Shown here: positions 1 through 8,594 of the stretch, piece after piece
Layout of the letters: every line of letters begins with the position of its first letter
How positions within the stretch are numbered: the stretch's first letter is position 1
The notes under the pieces: generated by a model
The model's database searches: none
What the model was told of the DNA's origin: nothing
Seen by the model: the letters and a program-made list of their open reading frames with translations, nothing else
Position numbers and translations under genes: made by a program
Assembly (NCBI GenBank): GCA_021789915.1
Contig: JAJYIV010000001.1
Span: forward strand, 375-64,374
DNA from: a bacterium
Lineage (GTDB): Bacteria > Patescibacteriota > Patescibacteriia > UBA9934 > GWF2-40-263
Direction of reading: 5' to 3'
DNA length: 64,000 bases

Positions 1-1
1 G

Positions 2-145
2 AAGACCCGCGTCATGAAGCAGGTGACGATCGAGGACGCGGAACGGGCCGACGAGATGTTCGACGTGCTGATGGGCGCCGACGTGGCGCCGCGCAAGCGG
101 TTCATCCAGACGCACGCGAAGAGCGTGGCGAATCTCGACGTATAA
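2..145 (+). CDS. gyrB: DNA gyrase subunit B, C-terminal end (partial)
   Basis: Manual translation KTRVMKQVTIEDAERADEMFDVLMGADVAPRKRFIQTHAKSVANLDV* matches the conserved GyrB C-terminus. Confidence 0.93.
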   Translation, partial: KTRVMKQVTIEDAERADEMFDVLMGADVAPRKRFIQTHAKSVANLDV

Positions 146-152
146 AGCGGCC

Positions 153-185
153 ACTCCCGAACGTCGGTTCGGGAGTTTTGTTTTG
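153..185 (+). terminator. Rho-independent terminator after gyrB
   Basis: ACTCCCGAAC-gtcg-GTTCGGGAGT perfect stem followed by TTTGTTTT. Confidence 0.8.
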
Positions 186-256
186 CGCGCAGAACGAACG
201 AAAAAACCGCGCGGCGCTTCCCGAAAGAAGCACGCGCGCGGCAAGGTCGAAAGCGC

Positions 257-1546
257 TCACGCGGCCGGCGGGATGAAGCGCTCGAGCGGGAAGAACCGGG
301 CCAGCTCCTTGAGCGTCAGCTCGCGCGCGAGCACGCGGCGCAGGCCGTCCTCGTACATCGTGCGCATGCCCTGCGCACGGGCGAGCCGGTCGAGCTCGGG
401 GCCGATGCGGTTGCGCAGGATCAGCTCCTGCGCCTCGGGCGCCGCCTCGAAGATCTCGAACAGCGGCAGGCGGCCGTGGGTGCCGCGGAACCGGCAGGCC
501 GGACAGCCTTGCGTCTCGGCCACTTGGCCGACCCACGAGATGCCGTGCGCGGACGCGAACCGCTCGAGCTCTTCGCGGCGATCTTCCGGCGCCAGCGCGA
601 TCGTCCGGCACTTCGCGCACGTGCGGCGCGCAAGCCGCTGGCACGTGGCGGCGACCAGCGCCTCCGACACGAGCAGCGGATCGTCGGCAAGGGCGAGGAG
701 GCGGCGCACGGCGGACAGCGCACTCTGCGCGGTCATGCCGGCGATGACGAGATGGCCCGTCTCGGCCGCCCGCAGCGCGAGCTTCGCCGTCTCCGGATCG
801 TCGAGCGCGTCCACGAAGATGAAGTCCGGATCCTGGCGCAGCACCGCGCGCAGGAGTCCGGAGCGGTCGGCGTGCCGGCCCGTCTCATGGTGCTGCACGA
901 AGTTGACCGGCCACTCCGCGCGCTCCTCGACCGTCGCGAGGCTCACGTCGGCCGTGCTAAGCTTCGCGAGCGCCGCGTACGCCGTCGCGCTCTTGCCCTG
1001 CCCGCCCGGGCTCGTCACGAGCACGAGGCCGCGCGGCTTTCCGATCGCGCGGACGAAGGCGGCCAGCCCCTCCGCGGGAAGATCCAGCTCCTCGAGCGCA
1101 ACCGGCGCGGCGCGGCCGACGAAAGGGCGGCACAGCACGACGCCCTCGCCGTGCACGCCGAGGCACGTATCGACGCGCAGCAAGAACTGACGGCCTTTGC
1201 TGTCGAAGCGGATGCGCCCGGACTGCGGCTGACGAACCTCCGCGAGGTTCATCCCCGCCATCATCTTGAGCCGCGCGACGACGGCCGCCTGCAGCGGCTT
1301 CGGGATCATCGGCCCCGGCTGCAGGATGCTGTCGATGCGGAAGCGCACGCGCACGACCGCCTCCTCCGGCTCGATGTGGATGTCCGTCGCGCGCTCGTCG
1401 ACGGCGCGGAGGATGAGCTGATCCACCAGCTCGACCAGCGGCCCGTGCAGCAGCGACGCCTCTTGATCGTCGCCGCGTCTCACGGATTCTTCGGCCTCGG
1501 CCATGGCCTGCCCGAACGTCTCGTCGAACGTCTGCATGTCTTTCAT
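257..1546 (-). CDS. GspE/PilB-family secretion ATPase homologue with degenerate catalytic motifs
   Basis: ATDIHIEP, RFRIDS, LRQDPD, AAETGHLV, QRLARR and two CxxC; start MKDMQTF chosen after GGAGG RBS. Confidence 0.85.
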   Translation of the reverse strand: MKDMQTFDETFGQAMAEAEESVRRGDDQEASLLHGPLVELVDQLILRAVDERATDIHIEPEEAVVRVRFRIDSILQPGPMIPKPLQAAVVARLKMMAGMNLAEVRQPQSGRIRFDSKGRQFLLRVDTCLGVHGEGVVLCRPFVGRAAPVALEELDLPAEGLAAFVRAIGKPRGLVLVTSPGGQGKSATAYAALAKLSTADVSLATVEERAEWPVNFVQHHETGRHADRSGLLRAVLRQDPDFIFVDALDDPETAKLALRAAETGHLVIAGMTAQSALSAVRRLLALADDPLLVSEALVAATCQRLARRTCAKCRTIALAPEDRREELERFASAHGISWVGQVAETQGCPACRFRGTHGRLPLFEIFEAAPEAQELILRNRIGPELDRLARAQGMRTMYEDGLRRVLARELTLKELARFFPLERFIPPAA

Positions 1547-1709
1547 CTCTTCCTCCGGTCGCCCGCCGTGGGCGATGAAGAAACCTTGGACCCGTTCCCA
1601 TGCGTTGTCAACGGACGGGCCGTCGCATTGACACGGCGCCGCCGTCCGGCTACATTGGGCCGTCCCGCATGGGCTGGGACGTTCTTTTCTCGGGAAGAAA
1701 GGAGACGCC

Positions 1710-2621
1710 ATGGACGCGGAATCCCTGTCCACGGCGCTCTCCGCCGCGGACGATCTTGCACGCGCACTCATGGAGCGCGGCGTCGGCCGGCGCGGTCTTG
1801 CGCCGGACGCGACGATCAGGCACATGGTCGATATCGAAGCGGCCCGCGCCTTCGATCGCGACGCCGCCCGGCCGTGGATGGCCGCCTGCGGGTTCCCGCA
1901 GGCGACGCCGGACGAACGGCTCGCGCGCGGCCTGCTGTACGCGGGCATCGCCGGACGGCTGCTGCCGCCGGAAGAGCGCACGCCGGACGGCGCCTTCGTG
2001 CCGTTCGAGCGGATGCACGCCGGCTACTGGGCCGGCGCCAAGGCCCAGCACCTGCTGCATGACGGCCTGCTGGGCGCTTCGCCCGACGGCCGGACCGCCT
2101 TCGCCGCCGCCGTCGACGCCTTGCCGGAGGAGCACGCGCCCATGCGCCGGCACGTCGCGGGCGCCTTGGCCGGCGCGCGCGCCTACCACGCGCTGCGGGC
2201 GTGCGGCCTGCCTCTCAACGTGCGTATCGGCACGCTCTCGGAAGACGTGCTGCGCGCGACGGACATCGTGGCGACAAGAAGGGGCCGCGAGGGCGGCTGC
2301 GTCGTGCAGGTGAAGGCCAACGGCCGTCACTCGCGCGCGCAGGTGCTGCCGGAACGGCAGCGGCCGTTCTTCCTGAGCCGGCTGTTCGACGCGCGATGGG
2401 ACGAAGAGCGGCGGACCGACGCGCTGCGCGGAGCGGAACGCGTGTGGGAGGAGGCGTACCGGCGCGGCAGACGCTGGGCGGCGCTGCTCGTGTACGCGGA
2501 CGTCGCCACGCGGCCGCCCGCCGAGCTGGACGATCCGGAGCTGCGCGATCTGCTGCGCGCCCGCCTTCTCGAAACGCCGATCTTCTCGCCTGACGAACCG
2601 ACGGGCGAGATCATCCCCTAA
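1710..2621 (+). CDS. hypothetical protein, possible PD-(D/E)xK nuclease fold
   Basis: AAGGAG RBS; motif EDVLRATDIV...VVQVK. Confidence 0.6.
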   Translation: MDAESLSTALSAADDLARALMERGVGRRGLAPDATIRHMVDIEAARAFDRDAARPWMAACGFPQATPDERLARGLLYAGIAGRLLPPEERTPDGAFVPFERMHAGYWAGAKAQHLLHDGLLGASPDGRTAFAAAVDALPEEHAPMRRHVAGALAGARAYHALRACGLPLNVRIGTLSEDVLRATDIVATRRGREGGCVVQVKANGRHSRAQVLPERQRPFFLSRLFDARWDEERRTDALRGAERVWEEAYRRGRRWAALLVYADVATRPPAELDDPELRDLLRARLLETPIFSPDEPTGEIIP

Positions 2622-2674
2622 CCCGGTCCTTGCGGCCGGATTTTTTATCGGCGTTGGCCCCTACCCCCTTCCCC

Positions 2675-2703
2675 TTGCCAAAAAACGCGCCTTCGTTTAT
2701 CCT
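2675..2703 (+). promoter_or_regulatory. sigma70-like promoter for secE-nusG
   Basis: TTGCCA-17 bp-TATCCT upstream of secE. Confidence 0.5.
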
Positions 2704-2747
2704 GCAGCCATTGCCCCGCGAGGGGTTTTAAAAATAGACGATTTCTT

Positions 2748-2969
2748 ATGGAAGCCGCCAAAAAGGCCCATCCCTTCGCCTGGCTCGTGCAGTACCTGCG
2801 CGAGTCAAAGGAAGAGCTTGAAAAGGTCGCCTGGCCGTCCCGCCGCGACACCGTCCGTTATTCCCTGCTCGTCATCGGCATCTCGGTCGGCCTCGCCGCC
2901 GCGATCGCCGGGGCCGACTGGCTCCTCTCCTACGGCTTCAACCAGCTGGTTGCGGCCGCGAAGGGGTAA
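2748..2969 (+). CDS. secE: preprotein translocase subunit SecE
   Basis: ELEKVAWPSR motif, single TM helix, upstream of nusG. Confidence 0.95.
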   Translation: MEAAKKAHPFAWLVQYLRESKEELEKVAWPSRRDTVRYSLLVIGISVGLAAAIAGADWLLSYGFNQLVAAAKG

Positions 2970-2996
2970 TTCCATCACGCTCGTTTCGGAGGATCT

Positions 2997-3542
2997 ATGC
3001 CAAAGCAAACAGCCAACCAGGGACGCCGCTGGTACGCCATCCACACGTATTCCGGCTACGAGGACAACGTGGCGGAGAACCTGCGCCAGCGCATCGAGAC
3101 GATGGACATGGAGGACAAGATCTTCAACGTGCTCGTCCCGAAGGAAAAGAAGGTCCGCATCAAGAACGGCAAGCGGCGCACGATCGAGGAAAAGATCTTC
3201 CCGGGCTACGTGCTGGTGGAGATGATCGTCACGGACGATTCGTGGTATGTGGTGCGCAACACGCCGAACGTCACCGGCTTCATCGGCACGGGCACGACGC
3301 CGACGCCGGTGTCGCAGGAGGAGATGGACGCCCTGCTGAAGCGCATGCGCGTGGAGGAGCCGGAAACCCAGATCGACATCGAGAAAGGAACCGTGGTCAC
3401 CATCCAGGACGGCCCGTTCAAGAACTTCGAAGGCAAGGTGTCCGACGTGGACCGCGAGCGCGGAAAGGTCAAGGTGCTCGTCAACATGTTCGGCCGCGAG
3501 ACGCCGGTGGAACTCGACTTCCTGCAGGTGAAGAAAACGTAG
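2997..3542 (+). CDS. nusG: transcription termination/antitermination factor NusG
   Basis: WYAIHTYSGYE, FPGYVLVEM, VRNTPNVTGF, KOW domain, MFGRETPVEL. Confidence 0.98.
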   Translation: MPKQTANQGRRWYAIHTYSGYEDNVAENLRQRIETMDMEDKIFNVLVPKEKKVRIKNGKRRTIEEKIFPGYVLVEMIVTDDSWYVVRNTPNVTGFIGTGTTPTPVSQEEMDALLKRMRVEEPETQIDIEKGTVVTIQDGPFKNFEGKVSDVDRERGKVKVLVNMFGRETPVELDFLQVKKT

Positions 3543-3701
3543 GGACCTCTGAAAAAATGATGGATTTTCGTTGTCAGCCAAAGGCTGATCAGCCTCTGGC
3601 TGAAATGGGCTGCCGAGCCCCGCGAACCCTACTGAAACGTAGGGAGAGCGGGGTCGGCGGGCGCCCATGAGACGAAAAGACGCCATTTTGCAGAGGTCCC
3701 C
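3541..3701. repeat. MITE/REP-like element with terminal inverted repeats (copy 1) carrying a nested 30 bp palindrome
   Basis: AGGGACCTCTG...CAGAGGTCCCT ends; related in inverse orientation to 5347-5477. Confidence 0.75.
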
Positions 3702-3736
3702 TCTAAGAAACAAGGAGGGGATCCTTATTCACCTAG

Positions 3737-3766
3737 TCTGGTTACCCGCGTACGCGGGAATCCAGT
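3737..3766. repeat. short REP-like palindrome upstream of rplK
   Basis: CTGGTTACCCGCGTACGCGGGAATCCAG imperfect palindrome. Confidence 0.5.
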
Positions 3767-3780
3767 AACCAAAGCATGCT

Positions 3781-4206
3781 ATGGCGAAGAAACTCGTCAC
3801 GCAGATCAAGCTGCAGATCCAGGGCGGCGCCGCCACCCCGGCCCCGCCGGTCGGCCCCGCGCTCGGCCAGCACGGATTGAACATCGCCGGGTTCGTGAAG
3901 CAGTTCAACGACGCGACAGCCAACCGCCGCGGCGAGGTCGTGCCGGTCGTCATCAACGTCTACGACGACCGCACGTTCGACTTCATCATGAAGATCGCGC
4001 CGGCCTCGGAGCTCATCAAAAAGGCGATCGGCCTCGAGAAGGGCTCCGGCAAGCCGCTCACGGACAAAGTCGGCACGCTGTCCAAGGCGCAGCTGCGCGA
4101 GATCGCGCAGAAGAAGCTCCCCGACCTCAACACGACCGACGTCGAAAAGGCGATGAAGATCATTGCCGGCACGGCGCGCCAGATGGGCGTCGCCGTGGAA
4201 GTCTGA
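3781..4206 (+). CDS. rplK: 50S ribosomal protein L11
   Basis: [22 protein letters not shown]. Confidence 0.98.
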   Translation: MAKKLVTQIKLQIQGGAATPAPPVGPALGQHGLNIAGFVKQFNDATANRRGEVVPVVINVYDDRTFDFIMKIAPASELIKKAIGLEKGSGKPLTDKVGTLSKAQLREIAQKKLPDLNTTDVEKAMKIIAGTARQMGVAVEV

Positions 4207-4217
4207 ACGACCGCGCT

Positions 4218-4592
4218 ATGTCCAAGGGAGGATCCGTCATCCTGCGCATCTATTTCGCCCTCGTCTCATTCGTGACGCTCATGATCCTCGTCGTCTCGGC
4301 GGGCGATCTGATCAATCTCGGATTGAAGACGTGGGTATTCCCCGCCGCCGACCAGCCCGCCTATGTCGCGCCGTGCCCGACGCCCGTTGCGATGCCGGAC
4401 GGGAAGCCAGCCGTCGCCGACCAGGCCGTCTGCGAACAGCAGCGCGCCGAACAACAGCGCCAGGCCCTCGTGCAGAAAGAGCAGAACGCCGTGCGCGACC
4501 TGTCCTTCCTGCTCGTCGCCGCACCCCTGTTCGCCCTGCACTTCCGCATCGTTCTGCGCGACTGGAAGGAATTGAGGAATGAGAACGCTTAA
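4218..4592 (+). CDS. small two-TM membrane protein (DUF5671-like)
   Basis: IYFALVSFVTL...LLVAAPLFALH hydrophobic segments; sits between rplK and rplA. Confidence 0.7.
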   Translation: MSKGGSVILRIYFALVSFVTLMILVVSAGDLINLGLKTWVFPAADQPAYVAPCPTPVAMPDGKPAVADQAVCEQQRAEQQRQALVQKEQNAVRDLSFLLVAAPLFALHFRIVLRDWKELRNENA

Positions 4593-4600
4593 TCCGTTTC

Positions 4601-4641
4601 GTGGGAGCCCCGCCCGCAAGCAGGCGGGGCGCCATCACCAC
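4601..4641 (+). promoter_or_regulatory. putative L1 autoregulatory mRNA site
   Basis: GTGGGAG-[hairpin GCCCCGCC...GGCGGGGC]-ACCAC immediately before the rplA start. Confidence 0.6.
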
Positions 4642-4650
4642 ATCCATCCT

Positions 4651-5343
4651 ATGTCCGATTCCAAGCGTTTCGCTGCCGTGAAGCAGCTCGTCGACAGGAA
4701 GAAAGCCTACCCGATCGACGAAGCCGTCGCCCTGCTGAAGAAAACCGCGTCCGCCAAGTTCGACGAGGCCGTCGAGCTCCACGTCCGCCTCGGCATCGAC
4801 CCGACCAAGGGCGACCAGCAGGTGCGCGGCGTGATCGCCCTGCCGCACGGCGTGGGCGGCAAGGCCAAGCGTGTCGCCGCGTTCGTGGAAGCCGCCAAAG
4901 AACAGGAGGCCAAGGAAGCCGGCGCCGATCTCGTCGGCGGCGAGGAGCTGATCGGCCAGATCGCCTCCAGCCAGGCCCTGGATTTCGACGTCGCCGTCGC
5001 CACGCCGGCGATGATGCCGAAGCTTGCGAAGCTGGCGAAGCTTTTGGGGCCCAAAGGCCTCATGCCGAACCCGAAGACGGACACGGTGGGACCGAATGTC
5101 GGCAGGATGGTCGCCGAGCAGAAGGCGGGCAAACAGAGCTTCAAGAACGACGCGACGGGCAACATCCACCAGGTGTTCGGCCGCGCGTCCTTCTCCAAAG
5201 CCGACCTGAAAGACAACCTGAACGCGCTTCTGGACGCCATCCGCAAGCTCAAGCCGTCCTCGTCGAAAGGCATCTACCTGCTGAACGCGACGGTGACGAC
5301 GACGATGGGCCCGGGCATCAAGCTCGAAGTCGCGCAGCAATAA
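4651..5343 (+). CDS. rplA: 50S ribosomal protein L1
   Basis: AKFDEAVE, DQQVRG, LGPKGLMPNPK, TMGPG. Confidence 0.97.
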   Translation: MSDSKRFAAVKQLVDRKKAYPIDEAVALLKKTASAKFDEAVELHVRLGIDPTKGDQQVRGVIALPHGVGGKAKRVAAFVEAAKEQEAKEAGADLVGGEELIGQIASSQALDFDVAVATPAMMPKLAKLAKLLGPKGLMPNPKTDTVGPNVGRMVAEQKAGKQSFKNDATGNIHQVFGRASFSKADLKDNLNALLDAIRKLKPSSSKGIYLLNATVTTTMGPGIKLEVAQQ

Positions 5344-5346
5344 GCG

Positions 5347-5477
5347 AAGAGACCTCCGCAAAACGGCGCCTTTTCGTCTCGCGGGGCCCCGCCGCCTCCT
5401 CAACGTACGTTTTCAGTACGTTTCGGAGGTCGGCTTCCCCGCTCAACGAAAATCCATCCGTTTTTCAGAGGTCTCTC
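5347..5477. repeat. MITE/REP-like element with terminal inverted repeats (copy 2)
   Basis: GAGAGACCTC...GAGGTCTCTC ends; shares CTTTTCGTCTC and CAACGAAAATCCATC with the reverse complement of copy 1. Confidence 0.75.
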
Positions 5478-5538
5478 AAGACAAAACACGACCCCACAAC
5501 GGCCGTGTTTTTGCACGCAAGAAAAACCCGCGCCTTGT

Positions 5539-6174
5539 TCAGGAGCGGGAAAGCGTCTGAATCGCGAGGCGCAAGAGGAGGTCGGCGACGTCGGGCGGCA
5601 GATGCTCCTCCATCTCCGCCCGCGTCATACCCTCAAGCTCGTGGCTGAGGTAGTGGATCCACGGGTCGTCGCCGCCATCCTCGTCGTAAAGGTCGTGACC
5701 GACGCACCAGTAATCGGGCGTCACGTCCATGGGCGGCTGGAAGCGACGGATCTTGTAGTCGTGGACGGCCACCTTGATGTCCGCGCGCGGAATGCCGTGC
5801 TCCATGATCTTGCCGACCAGGTGGTTGATCGTGAGGCCGCGGTCGAAGATGTCGTCGACGAGCAGCACCTTGTCGCCTGCCCGCAGGTGCGCCGGATCGT
5901 AGGTCCAGCCCTCGACGCGCACCTCGTCGCGCTGCCCGAGTCCCGTGTAGGAGCGAGCCGCCACGGCGGCGAACAGGATGCGCCGCAGCTCCGGACGCTG
6001 CGCCCGCACCCACTTGAAGAACTCGCTTACCGGATTGCCGACGGAAGACCCGCCGCGCAGCGCGATGTAGATCACGTCCGGGTAGAAGCCGTCCTGGAAG
6101 ATCCGGGCGGCCATGCGCCAGGCATTGTCTCGCAGGACATTGGCCGGGACAAATATTTTCCGGTGGGTTTCCAC
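5539..6174 (-). CDS. type I phosphoribosyltransferase
   Basis: LRGG, ARSY loop and PRPP-binding VLLVDDIFDRGLT. Confidence 0.85.
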   Translation of the reverse strand: METHRKIFVPANVLRDNAWRMAARIFQDGFYPDVIYIALRGGSSVGNPVSEFFKWVRAQRPELRRILFAAVAARSYTGLGQRDEVRVEGWTYDPAHLRAGDKVLLVDDIFDRGLTINHLVGKIMEHGIPRADIKVAVHDYKIRRFQPPMDVTPDYWCVGHDLYDEDGGDDPWIHYLSHELEGMTRAEMEEHLPPDVADLLLRLAIQTLSRS

Positions 6175-6255
6175 GATTCCTCCGTCGTCACGACAGGTGA
6201 CGTGCGGGCAGCCTAGACGAACGGCGGCGATTTGTCCACGCGCGGCTTGCGTCGG

Positions 6256-6346
6256 AAGCCGTTAGCCGTTAGCCTTTAGCCGTTAGCCTTTAGCCAGATA
6301 AAAAGCGGGCTCGGCTAACAGCCAATAGCTAAGGGCTAACAGCCCC
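6256..6346. repeat. inverted pair of 7-mer tandem arrays (TTAGCCG/T ... GCTAACA)
   Basis: GTTAGCC GTTAGCC TTTAGCC GTTAGCC TTTAGCC then GGCTAAC AGCCAAT AGCTAAG GGCTAAC. Confidence 0.8.
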
Positions 6347-6348
6347 CT

Positions 6349-7020
6349 ATGCCCGTCCTCACCCGCCCCGACATTCTCGACCGCATCGCGCGCGGCGACG
6401 TGCGCTTCACGCCCGCGCTCGACGCCTTCCAGCTGCAGCCGCACGCCGTGGACCTGCGCCTCGGCTACAAGTTCCTCATCCCGAAAAACTGGACGCTCGA
6501 CGAGAAAGGCCGGCGCGCGATCTCCGTCTCGATCGAGCGGCCGGACGCGGCGGACGGCCAGTTCGAGGAAGTCGTCCTGAAGCCGGGACAGTATTTCGAG
6601 CTGCTGCCGAACGAATTCGTGATCGGCACGTCGCTGGAAGAGATCGAGCTCTCGGCGCCGGACCTGATGGCCCTGCTCTTCCCGCGCACGTCGACGAACC
6701 GACGCGGCATCGACCTCTCGCTCTCCGGCATCATCGACGCCGGGTACAAGGGCCGCCTCATCTTCCCGATGAAGAACGAGGCGGGCGACCAGGTGCTGCG
6801 CGTGTGGCCCGGCGAGCGCGTGTGCCAGGTGATCTTCGAGACGCTCTCGACGACGATCTCCGCCGAGGAAGCCGATCGTCACGGGCTGGCGTCGGCCAAG
6901 TACAGCGCCAACGGCGCGCAAACGTACCGGCTGGACAAGGAGGAGGAGCGCGAGGCGCTCACGGGCGGCGGGCTGGAGGAGCTCAAAAAGAAATTCGATA
7001 CGCAAAACCGTGCGTCTTGA
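6349..7020 (+). CDS. dCTP deaminase/dUTPase-superfamily protein lacking the deaminase Glu
   Basis: QPHAVDLRLG, RTSTNRRG, IIDAGYKGRLIFPMKN, PGERVCQ. Confidence 0.85.
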   Translation: MPVLTRPDILDRIARGDVRFTPALDAFQLQPHAVDLRLGYKFLIPKNWTLDEKGRRAISVSIERPDAADGQFEEVVLKPGQYFELLPNEFVIGTSLEEIELSAPDLMALLFPRTSTNRRGIDLSLSGIIDAGYKGRLIFPMKNEAGDQVLRVWPGERVCQVIFETLSTTISAEEADRHGLASAKYSANGAQTYRLDKEEEREALTGGGLEELKKKFDTQNRAS

Positions 7021-7031
7021 GCGGTTTTCGC

Positions 7032-7946
7032 TCACAGCTGCTTCAGCACGTTTTGCAGCTGGCGCAGACCGTCCGCTTCCGTTTCGTACTCGATGTGATA
7101 GACGACGCTCGGGATGCCGCGCGTGTAGCGCGTGACGCGGCTGTCTTTCTTGGACACGAGAATGATGGGCTTGCCGGCGGCGTGCGCCACGTCCAGCCCC
7201 CCGCCCGTGCCAAGCGACGGATACGTCACGTCGGCGACGACGGCGTCGGCGGCGCGCACCTGCGCCACGTCCATGTCGTAAACCTCGCGCGGCGAAAAAT
7301 GCGCGTGCCTCTCCGGATCGCTGTGCAGATGCGGCACGTACGCACGGACGCCGAGCTCTTCCGCTGCCGCGCCGATGCGCTCGTACCATGCCTTGTGGCC
7401 GTCGCGAACGTCGTCCGGCAAGTTCGTCAGCCCGCCGGAGACGTAGATCGAACGGATCGACGGGCGCATGGCGGCGGTCAACACTTCTTTGGAAAATCGG
7501 CCGTGTGCGTCTTCAAGAAGATAGACATCGCGGATGCCCGCGTCGATCATCGCCTGCCAGCACGGCTCGCAGCACCACCAGTGGCCGTTCATGTACACGT
7601 CCGCGCCTGCCGGATCGATGCCGCACTTCCGGGCGCGCTTGATGAGCATCGGCTCGGCGTGACCGGAGGGCTCGTGGAAATCGCCGCACAGGTCGTAGCC
7701 CGTGCCTGTCGGACAGGAACGGACGAAGCGCGGGCACACATGGCCGCCGTCGCGTCCGCGGGACCACCCGTTGCCCGCGTCCGTCACGACCGCCCCGTCC
7801 TTGACCAGCACGGCGCCGACCGGAAACACGCGGTCGCCGGCAAGCGTGCGGCGCGCTTCCTCGGCCGCTTGCATGAACGGATGGTCCGCCGGAACGTATT
7901 TGAACGCGCGGCCGGGCGGCAGATAGGGATAGTTCGGAGCGGGCAT
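7032..7946 (-). CDS. dCMP-deaminase-like Zn domain fused to nucleoside deoxyribosyltransferase/DNPH1-like domain
   Basis: N-term CPR...C...HAE and WCCEPC; C-term IYVSGG, DVAQVRAADAVVADVTYPSLGTG, GKPIIL. Confidence 0.85.
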   Translation of the reverse strand: MPAPNYPYLPPGRAFKYVPADHPFMQAAEEARRTLAGDRVFPVGAVLVKDGAVVTDAGNGWSRGRDGGHVCPRFVRSCPTGTGYDLCGDFHEPSGHAEPMLIKRARKCGIDPAGADVYMNGHWWCCEPCWQAMIDAGIRDVYLLEDAHGRFSKEVLTAAMRPSIRSIYVSGGLTNLPDDVRDGHKAWYERIGAAAEELGVRAYVPHLHSDPERHAHFSPREVYDMDVAQVRAADAVVADVTYPSLGTGGGLDVAHAAGKPIILVSKKDSRVTRYTRGIPSVVYHIEYETEADGLRQLQNVLKQL

Positions 7947-7952
7947 ATTTCC

Positions 7953-8024
7953 TGTGTCATCCTAAAGGAATGAAATGACCGAAGGATCTGTTGACGGATC
8001 CTTCGCTCCGCTCAGGATGACACA
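7953..8024. repeat. GTCATCCT...AGGATGAC palindromic element
   Basis: TGTGTCATCCT...AGGATGACACA ends; related copies inside miaA and miaB. Confidence 0.75.
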
Positions 8025-8593
8025 ACCTTATAATGTTTCAGCGTCGCGGGGCCGAGCGGCTCCTGCGAAACGAGCGCGAGCCGGCCGAGGTCGAAGCCGG
8101 GCGCCAGCGGCACGCCCGCGCCAAAGTGGACCGGCTCGACTGTCAGGAACGCCTCGTCGACCAAACCGTCGTTCAAGAACCGCGCGTACACCTCCGCGCC
8201 GCCGCAGACGGCGACGGAGGCGACGCCTTCCTTTTCCAGCCGCGCTAGCAGCGCGCGCGTCTCCTCCGAGGTGAACTCCACCGTGCCGTCGTTTCCTCCC
8301 CCGACCCCTCCGCTACGCGGAGGGGTGACCTCGGCTCGAACAGCGCCACCCCTCTCCATGCAATGGAGAGGGTCTGGGTGAGGCCGGTGCGTCAGCACGA
8401 TCAGGCGGCGGCCCGGCAGCGGCTTGCCGATCGTCTCGAACGTCCTGCGTCCCATGATCATCGTGCCGATCTCCTTGGTTTTGGACACGAAAAACGCGTG
8501 GTCTTCCCTGCTGGTCCAATCGAAAGAGTTTTCCGACGCCGCGCGCGCGATGAAGCCGTCCTCCGTGACGGCGGCGATCAGGATGACGCGCAT
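8012..8593 (-). CDS. folA: dihydrofolate reductase / RibD-C family protein with in-frame palindromic insert
   Basis: IAAVTEDGFIA, MGRRTFE, PLPGR, CGGAEVY, G.GVPL; adjacent to thymidylate synthase homologue. Confidence 0.85.
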   Translation of the reverse strand: MRVILIAAVTEDGFIARAASENSFDWTSREDHAFFVSKTKEIGTMIMGRRTFETIGKPLPGRRLIVLTHRPHPDPLHCMERGGAVRAEVTPPRSGGVGGGNDGTVEFTSEETRALLARLEKEGVASVAVCGGAEVYARFLNDGLVDEAFLTVEPVHFGAGVPLAPGFDLGRLALVSQEPLGPATLKHYKVVSS

Positions 8594-8594
8594 A

